Shown piece by piece: positions 55,501-64,000 of a stretch of 64,000 nt of DNA. The first letter of the stretch is position 1, and each line of letters opens with the position of its first letter. Made by a program: the position numbers and the translations under genes. The stretch is from assembly GCA_964016885.1 (NCBI GenBank), contig OZ024745.1:9920001-9984000 (forward strand), given 5' to 3'. This DNA comes from Eledone cirrhosa. Its lineage: Eukaryota. Below the pieces are notes generated by a model. It ran no database searches. It worked only from the letters and a program-made list of their open reading frames with translations, and was not told where the DNA came from.

Positions 55501-58500
55501 GTCTTGTTATATTCATACAACCGAGTGTCTTGTTATATTCATACAACCGAGTGTCTTGTTATATTCATACAACCCAGTGTCGCTGTTATATTCATACAAC
55601 CCAGTGTCGCTGTTATATTCATACAACCCAGTGTCGCTGTTATATTCATACAACCCAGTGTCGCTGTTATATTCATACAACCCAGTGTCGCTGTTATATT
55701 CATACAACCCAGTGTCGCTGTTATATTCATACAACCCAGTGTCGCTGTTATATTCATACAACCCAGTGTCTTGTTATATTCATACAACCCAGTGTCGCTG
55801 TTATATTCATACAACCCAGTGTCGCTGTTATATTCATACAACCCAGTGTCGCTGTTATATTCATACAACCGAGTGTCTTGTTATATTCATACAACCCAGT
55901 GTCGCTGTTATATTCATACAACCCAGTGTCGCTGTTATATTCATACAACCCAGTGTCGCTGTTATATTCATACAACCCAGTGTCTTGTTATATTCATACA
56001 ACCCAGTGTCGCTGTTATATTCATACAACCGAGTGTCTTGTTATATTCATACAACCCAGTGTCGCTGTTATATTCATACAACCCAGTGTCGCTGTTATAT
56101 TCATACAACCCAGTGTCGCTGTTATATTCATACAACCCAGTGTCGCTGTTATATTCATACAACCCAGTGTCGCTGTTATATTCATACAACCGAGTGTCTT
56201 GTTATATTCATACAACCCAGTGTCTTGTTATATTCATACAACCCAGTGTCGCTGTTATATTCATACAACCCAGTGTCGCTGTTATATTCATACAACCCAG
56301 TGTCGCTGTTATATTCATACAACCCAGTGTCGCTGTTATATTCATACAACCGAGTGTCTTGTTATATTCATACAACCCAGTGTCTTGTTATATTCATACA
56401 ACCCAGTGTCGCTGTTATATTCATACAACCCAGTGTCGCTGTTATATTCATACAACCCAGTGTCTTGTTATATTCATACAACCCAGTGTCTTGTTATATT
56501 CATACAACCCAGTGTCGCTGTTATATTCATACAACCCAGTGTCTTGTTATATTCATACAACCCAGTGTCGCTGTTATATTCATACAACCCAGTGTCTTGT
56601 TATATTCATACAACCCAGTGTCGCTGTTATATTCATACAACCGAGTGTCTTGTTATATTCATACAACCCAGTGTCTTGTTATATTCATACAACCCAGTGT
56701 CGCTGTTATATTCATACAACCCAGTGTCGCTGTTATATTCATACAACCCAGTGTCGCTGTTATATTCATACAACCGAGTGTCTTGTTATATTCATACAAC
56801 CCAGTGTCGCTGTTATATTCATACAACCCAGTGTCGCTGTTATATTCATACAACCCAGTGTCTTGTTATATTCATACAACCCAGTGTCGCTGTTATATTC
56901 ATACAACCCAGTGTCGCTGTTATATTCATACAACCCAGTGTCGCTGTTATATTCATACAACCCAGTGTCGCTGTTATATTCATACAACCCAGTGTCGCTG
57001 TTATATTCATACAACCCAGTGTCGCTGTTATATTCATACAACCCAGTGTCTTGTTATATTCATACAACCCAGTGTCTTGTTATATTCATACAACCGAGTG
57101 TCTTGTTATATTCATACAACCCAGTGTCGCTGTTATATTCATACAACCCAGTGTCGCTGTTATATTCATACAACCCAGTGTCTTGTTATATTCATACAAC
57201 CCAGTGTCTTGTTATATTCATACAACCGAGTGTCTTGTTATATTCATACAACCCAGTGTCGCTGTTATATTCATACAACCCAGTGTCGCTGTTATATTCA
57301 TACAACCCAGTGTCTTGTTATATTCATACAACCCAGTGTCGCTGTTATATTCATACAACCCAGTGTCGCTGTTATATTCATACAACCCAGTGTCGCTGTT
57401 ATATTCATACAACCCAGTGTCGCTGTTATATTCATACAACCGAGTGTCGCTGTTATATTCATACAACCCAGTGTCGCTGTTATATTCATACAACCCAGTG
57501 TCGCTGTTATATTCATACAACCCAGTGTCTTGTTATATTCATACAACCGAGTGTCTTGTTATATTCATACAACCGAGTGTCTTGTTATATTCATACAACC
57601 CAGTGTCGCTGTTATATTCATACAACCCAGTGTCGCTGTTATATTCATACAACCCAGTGTCGCTGTTATATTCATACAACCCAGTGTCGCTGTTATATTC
57701 ATACAACCCAGTGTCGCTGTTATATTCATACAACCCAGTGTCGCTGTTATATTCATACAACCCAGTGTCTTGTTATATTCATACAACCGAGTGTCTTGTT
57801 ATATTCATACAACCCAGTGTCGCTGTTATATTCATACAACCCAGTGTCTTGTTATATTCATACAACCGAGTGTCGCTGTTATATTCATACAACCCAGTGT
57901 CGCTGTTATATTCATACAACCCAGTGTCGCTGTTATATTCATACAACCCAGTGTCGCTGTTATATTCATACAACCCAGTGTCGCTGTTATATTCATACAA
58001 CCCAGTGTCGCTGTTATATTCATACAACCCAGTGTCGCTGTTATATTCATACAACCCAGTGTCGCTGTTATATTCATACAACCCAGTGTCGCTGTTATAT
58101 TCATACAACCCAGTGTCGCTGTTATATTCATACAACCGAGTGTCTTGTTATATTCATACAACCCAGTGTCGCTGTTATATTCATACAACCCAGTGTCTTG
58201 TTATATTCATACAACCCAGTGTCGCTGTTATATTCATACAACCCAGTGTCGCTGTTATATTCATACAACCCAGTGTCGCTGTTATATTCATACAACCCAG
58301 TGTCGCTGTTATATTCATACAACCCAGTGTCGCTGTTATATTCATACAACCCAGTGTCTTGTTATATTCATACAACCCAGTGTCGCTGTTATATTCATAC
58401 AACCCAGTGTCTTGTTATATTCATACAACCCAGTGTCGCTGTTATATTCATACAACCCAGTGTCGCTGTTATATTCATACAACCCAGTGTCGCTGTTATA

Positions 58501-61160
58501 TTCATACAACCCAGTGTCGCTGTTATATTCATACAACCCAGTGTCGCTGTTATATTCATACAACCCAGTGTCTTGTTATATTCATACAACCCAGTGTCGC
58601 TGTTATATTCATACAACCCAGTGTCTTGTTATATTCATACAACCCAGTGTCGCTGTTATATTCATACAACCCAGTGTCGCTGTTATATTCATACAACCCA
58701 GTGTCTTGTTATATTTATACAACCCAGTGTCGCTGTTATATTCATACAACCCAGTGTCTTGTTATATTCATACAACCCAGTGTCGCTGTTATATTCATAC
58801 AACCCAGTGTCTTGTTATATTCATACAACCCAGTGTCGCTGTTATATTCATACAACCCAGTGTCGCTGTTATATTCATACAACCCAGTGTCGCTGTTATA
58901 TTCATACAACCCAGTGTCGCTGTTATATTCATACAACCCAGTGTCGCTGTTATATTCATACAACCCAGTGTCGCTGTTATATTCATACAACCCAGTGTCG
59001 CTGTTATATTCATACAACCCAGTGTCGCTGTTATATTCATACAACCCAGTGTCGCTGTTATATTCATACAACCCAGTGTCGCTGTTATATTCATACAACC
59101 CAGTGTCGCTGTTATATTCATACAACCCAGTGTCGCTGTTATATTCATACAACCCAGTGTCGCTGTTATATTCATACAACCCAGAGTCGCTGTTATATTC
59201 ATACAACCCAGTGTCGCTGTTATATTCATACAACCCAGTGTCGCTGTTATATTCATACAACCCAGTGTCTTGTTATATTCATACAACCCAGTGTCTTGTT
59301 ATATTCATACAACCCAGTGTCTTGTTATATTCATACAACCCAGTGTCGCTGTTATATTCATACAACCCAGTGTCGCTGTTATATTCATACAACCCAGTGT
59401 CTTGTTATATTCATACAACCCAGTGTCGCTGTTATATTCATACAACCCAGTGTCGCTGTTATATTCATACAACCCAGTGTCGCTGTTATATTCATACAAC
59501 CCAGTGTCGCTGTTATATTCATACAACCCAGTGTCGCTGTTATATTCATACAACCCAGTGTCGCTGTTATATTCATACAACCCAGTGTCGCTGTTATATT
59601 CATACAACCCAGTGTCGCTGTTATATTCATACAACCCAGTGTCGCTGTTATATTCATACAACCCAGTGTCGCTGTTATATTCATACAACCCAGTGTCGCT
59701 GTTATATTCATACAACCCAGTGTCGCTGTTATATTCATACAACCCAGTGTCGCTGTTATATTCATACAACCCAGTGTCGCTGTTATATTCATACAACCCA
59801 GTGTCGCTGTTATATTCATACAACCCAGTGTCGCTGTTATATTCATACAACCCAGTGTCGCTGTTATATTCATACAACCCAGTGTCGCTGTTATATTCAT
59901 ACAACCCAGTGTCGCTGTTATATTCATACAACCCAGTGTCGCTGTTATATTCATACAACCCAGTGTCGCTGTTATATTCATACAACCCAGTGTCGCTGTT
60001 ATATTCATACAACCCAGTGTCGCTGTTATATTCATACAACCCAGTGTCGCTGTTATATTCATACAACCCAGTGTCGCTGTTATATTCATACAACCCAGTG
60101 TCGCTGTTATATTCATACAACCCAGTGTCGCTGTTATATTCATACAACCCAGTGTCGCTGTTATATTCATACAACCCAGTGTCGCTGTTATATTCATACA
60201 ACCCAGTGTCGCTGTTATATTCATACAACCCAGTGTCGCTGTTATATTCATACAACCCAGTGTCGCTGTTATATTCATACAACCCAGTGTCGCTGTTATA
60301 TTCATACAACCCAGTGTCTTGTTATATTCATACAACCCAGTGTCTTGTTATATTCATACAACCCAGTGTCGCTGTTATATTCATACAACCCAGTGTCGCT
60401 GTTATATTCATACAACCCAGTGTCGCTGTTATATTCATACAACCCAGTGTCGCTGTTATATTCATACAACCCAGTGTCGCTGTTATATTCATACAACCCA
60501 GTGTCGCTGTTATATTCATACAACCAAGTGTCGCTGTTATATTCATACAACCCAGTGTCGCTGTTATATTCATACAACCCAGTGTCGCTGTTATATTCAT
60601 ACAACCCAGTGTCGCTGTTATATTCATACAACCCAGTGTCGCTGTTATATTCATACAACCCAGTGTCGCTGTTATATTCATACAACCCAGTGTCGCTGTT
60701 ATATTCATACAACCCAGTGTCGCTGTTATATTCATACAACCCAGTGTCGCTGTTATATTCATACAACCCAGTGTCGCTGTTATATTCATACAACCCAGTG
60801 TCGCTGTTATATTCATACAACCCAGTGTCGCTGTTATATTCATACAACCCAGTGTCGCTGTTATATTCATACAACCCAGTGTCGCTGTTATATTCATACA
60901 ACCCAGTGTCGCTGTTATATTCATACAACCCAGTGTCGCTGTTATATTCATACAACCCAGTGTCGCTGTTATATTCATACAACCGAGTGTCGCTGTTATA
61001 TTCATACAACCCAGTGTCTTGTTATATTCATACAACCCAGTGTCGCTGTTATATTCATACAACCCAGTGTCGCTGTTATATTCATACAACCCAGTGTCTT
61101 GTTATATTCATACAACCCAGTGTCGCTGTTATATTCATACAACCCAGTGTCGCTGTTATA
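37535..61160. repeat. Dimorphic 26/27-bp satellite, TTATATTCATACAACC[C/G]AGTGTC[TTG/GCTG], roughly 880-890 units
   Basis: Units read directly. Two common variable sites and very few other substitutions. Abrupt end at ...CGCTGTTATAACTTTG (61160). Confidence 0.99.
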
Positions 61161-61257
61161 ACTTTGTAGGGAAATAACTTCAAATACTTTTTTCTTTGTC
61201 TTCATGATATATTTCTATCGAAAGTTTGGAAGGAAGAGGAAAAGAGTGTCATCTTAC

Positions 61258-61452
61258 CCTGGGAGAGCATCATCATCTGGATCAACTTCAGTGTCCCAGT
61301 TATCTTCATTCTGAGTCTGGTCATTAGTGCCACCTCGCAGACATAACACCTCCGTACGTTGCTGGCAGATATAAGCAAAGAAAGCAGAACCCAAGCCTGG
61401 AGCTCTACCTAGATAGCGAGGTCGAACTTTTACAAATGACATTTGCTTTCCT
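61258..61452 (-). CDS. Internal coding exon (195 bp, phase 2-2) of an unidentified gene: GKQMSFVKVRPRYLGRAPGLGSAFFAYICQQRTEVLCLRGGTNDQTQNEDNWDTEVDPDDDALPG
   Basis: Minus-strand acceptor TTTGTTTCTTTGCAG| (AG at 61454-61453) and donor CCAGG|GTAAGA (GT at 61257-61256). Length divisible by 3, open frame matching ORF 61254..61466, protein-like non-repetitive composition. Confidence 0.75.
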
Positions 61453-61530
61453 CTGCAAAGAAACAAATAGATGGGTTATGGAAAAGGACTTCATCTTTTT
61501 CATTTAACGTTTGTTCCCCTTGTTACATAT

Positions 61531-61608
61531 AAAGAGGGAGGGGGGGGGGGGGTGAAGGAGGGAAGGAGAGAGAGGGAGGGGAGAAAGAAAGAGGAGGGAA
61601 AGAGAGAG
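61531..61608. repeat. Polypurine low-complexity tract including G13
   Basis: G run at 61540-61552 followed by GA-rich sequence; a pyrimidine tract on the minus strand upstream of the exon acceptor. Confidence 0.9.
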
Positions 61609-61739
61609 TTTCAACAATGTGTGTTCCTCAACCAACACTCCACAGACACATGTACTTTTAATGTAATTCTCAGGGAGATTCATCATGACACAGTATGTGA
61701 TAAGGTTGGCCTTTGAAATTACAGGTATAGTCCATCTGA

Positions 61740-61892
61740 CAGGCTTCTAAACAGTTTCTGTCTACCAAATGCCATTCACAAGGCATGGATTGACCTTAAG
61801 CTATAGTAAATAACACTTACTAAAGATGCCAAACAGTGGGATTGAACCCAGGACCTACTGATTGTGAAACCTCTTAACCCTTCAGCCATGCT
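61740..61892 (-). mobile_element. tRNA-derived SINE, 5' part, degraded
   Basis: Reverse complement reads GCATGGCTGAAGGGTTAAGAGG (A box) ... GGGTTCAATCCC (B box) ... TTGTGAATGGCATTTGGTAGACAGAAACTG. Confidence 0.75.
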
Positions 61893-62805
61893 GTTAATAT
61901 TGGGCCACATATTTAAATGGAATTTTATTTGAATCAGTTCGAAGATACTTCTTTCACTTTATAGTTGAATGGTTGTTGTTAAAATGACCAATCAGCTGTA
62001 AAACTCCTGCTGGAATAATTATAATTAGTTTTACTGGTCTTATAATGTAGTGTTAAGGTAGAGAAAATACCTTGTTATCTGACAGCAGCCTCCTCAGGGA
62101 TGGAGAGGTACACTGGTTCCTGACTCTGGGATATTTATTTTCAGTCACACCTCAGTAACTGCTTCTGCTGGTAAAGGACTGGGTACCACCAATTATTTCT
62201 AAAGCCCAGTGAAAAACAACATATTGGATTGGTGAAGCGTCTGAAAACCAACGACTCTACTCTCGACTGCCATTTGCCAGGATGGAGACAACCAAAGTGA
62301 AACTAGGATGACAACCATATCAATGGATGTTAATACTAGATTTAGTATCATAAGACCAAGAGCACAGAACTTCATCGACCTTTCCATTGTCCTTGGGGAC
62401 AGAACGTTCTCTTTCCCATCTGATAATACTTTAAAACAACCAGGAAGCTTAAAATATCTACATATGTAAGAAGAGTTATTAATAAGATTTCTAAAAGCAT
62501 CTGATGTAACCCATACTTTCATAGAAAACAGAGTTAGAAGTTTTAATGAAACACAATAGATAGCTGGTGACATCAAAGAGAGAAAGAATGTGAATAATGT
62601 AGAATAGAAATATAAAGTTGTGAATATTGGGTTTTGAAATAAAATTTGATTAAATATAGCAATAATGAGATGAGAAATATGAAGCTGTACTTACTTTATT
62701 TGGCTTCTGTTCATGGGGATAGCAATGGCTTGAACAAAGTTGAAATAAGTAACAAAGAGGTATGGGTCATGGTAGGCTGGAAATAGAGACAAGAATTTGT
62801 GGCAG

Positions 62806-63625
62806 ATATTAATGACATGCCAACTTAATGCCACAGTACTGAAATATGCAGATGACATCAAGCTGTACCTTGAGATAAAAAGGACATCCTGAACACTATA
62901 GATCTTGCCTGCAATCTGACCTGGACACAATGCAGTAATGGATCACAGACTGGCAACTCAAGCTGTCTGTGGACAAGTGCACCACCATGCATTTTGGGAG
63001 TAAAAACCCAGCGTCCACATACTCCCTCCACAACACTAATATCAAGAAGTCTTCATGTGAACGTGACCTGGGTATTACGGTCAGCAGCGATTTGCGTTGG
63101 ACGAAGCACGTCTCTAAAATTGTCAAGAAGGCCGAGGGTGTCTTAGCATCACTCAGCAAGACCTTTGTCAGCCGCTCTCCAGCTATCTATTTAAAGCTGT
63201 ATATAGCTATGGTGCGACCACACTTGGAATTTGCATCACCAGTCTGGAACCCCTATCTTGCTCAGAACATTGACCGCCTGGAAACTGTTCAAAGATGTGC
63301 AGCCAAGTGAATACACTCCATCAGGCATCTACCATACTCTGAACGCCTTGCTTCCCTGGGCATGGATACATTGAAGCTCCGACACCTGGCAACTGACTTG
63401 GTAAACACCCACAAAATTATTAACCATCTTGCCAACAACAACCCTGAACACCTTTTTTAATTCCATGTGTCTAACACACGTGGGTATGCCCACAAAGTTA
63501 GAAAACAGTACAGTTCCCATGACTTTCGGAAACATTTTTTCACGCTCAGAGTTGCTGAAGCATGGAACAAACTACCTGCATCGGTTGTTAGCTGTCGGGA
63601 CACTGCATCCTTTAAAGCCTCCATG
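62806..63625 (+). mobile_element. 5'-truncated, inactivated CR1-clade LINE (reverse transcriptase C-terminal half)
   Basis: INDMP..VLKYADDIKLY (YADD at 62845-62856), W..WQLKLSVDKC..MHFG, ERDLGI.VSSDL.W..H, LY..MVRPHLEFASPVWNPY, LE.VQR.A.K, Y.ERL..LG, TRG, FF..RV...WN.LP are typical CR1/L2-group motifs. In-frame stops at about 62936, 63308 and 63458, plus frameshifts. Confidence 0.92.
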
Positions 63626-64000
63626 GAACAAACTACCTGCATCAGTTGTTAGCTGTCGGGACACTGCATCCTTTAAAACCTCCATGGAACAAACTACCTG
63701 CATCAGTTGTTAGCTGTCGAGACACTGCATCCTTTAAAACCTCCACGGAACAAACTATCTGCATCAGTTGTTAGCTGTCGAGACACTGCATCCTTTAAAA
63801 CCTCCATGGAACAAACTACCTGCATCAGTTATCTGTCGAGACACTGCAACCTTTAAAACCTCCATGGAAAAAACTACCTGCATCAGTTATTAGCTGTCGA
63901 GACACTGCATCCTTTAAAACCTCCATGGAACAAACTACCTGCATCAGTTGTTAGCTGTCGAGGCACTGCATCCTTTAAAACCTCCATGGAACAAACTACC
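63561..64000 (+). repeat. 61-bp tandem repeat derived from the LINE ORF2 3' end (at least 7 units, runs off the window)
   Basis: CATGGAACAAACTACCTGCATCAGTTGTTAGCTGTCGAGACACTGCATCCTTTAAAACCTC starting at 63561, 63622, 63683, 63744, 63805, 63863, 63924 and 63985. One unit is 3 bp shorter. Confidence 0.97.

Noticed and set aside
37170-61169. TTTGTAG at 37170 and 61163 as the target-site duplication of the LTR-like element
   Set aside because: Seven bp is atypical for LTR elements, it would remove the TG terminus, and the same heptamer also occurs at 37147. Boundaries remain unresolved.
37516-61177. Giant proteins of 1256-7866 aa
   Set aside because: Stop-free satellite units open all three frames with the same three peptides. 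Starts are non-ATG. One frame escaping four stop variants is expected by chance.
38108-61205. Many minus-strand ORFs (YEYNSDTGL / GCMNITATL repeats)
   Set aside because: Their lengths simply track runs of 27-mers, and they terminate after 26-mers shift them into the stop-containing frame.
61471-61716. ORFs 61471..61716 (+) and 61504..61686 (-)
   Set aside because: They are translations of the polypurine tract and adjacent repeat-like sequence.
62806-63625. Active reverse transcriptase gene or retron-like system
   Set aside because: It is a 5'-truncated CR1-type fragment with several stops and frameshifts, i.e. an ordinary dead LINE copy.

Overview
Eukaryotic, AT-rich, repeat-dominated window; about 89% is tandem repeat. 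The interspersed tRNA-derived SINEs, MITEs, (TA)n tracts and CR1-clade LINE resemble coleoid cephalopod (octopus-like) DNA, which is an inference from memory and not a search result. There are five tandem arrays: a 28-bp satellite (1-23856, 852 units, running off the left edge), adjacent homologous 69-bp and 48-bp arrays (24119-33135), a dimorphic 26/27-bp satellite (37535-61160) that begins right after the poly(A) signal of an LTR-like element, and a 61-bp array made from the 3' end of a CR1-type reverse transcriptase ORF (63561 to the right edge). The only well-supported coding segment is one 195-bp minus-strand internal exon (61258-61452) of an unidentified gene, so most of the window is probably intronic. 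The giant ORFs in the track (up to 7866 aa) come from stop-free repeat units and are not credible genes. There is no CRISPR array, operon or RNA gene. The most interesting signal is that several arrays still show the local sequence they grew from (LTR 3' end, LINE ORF end, diverged local repeats).
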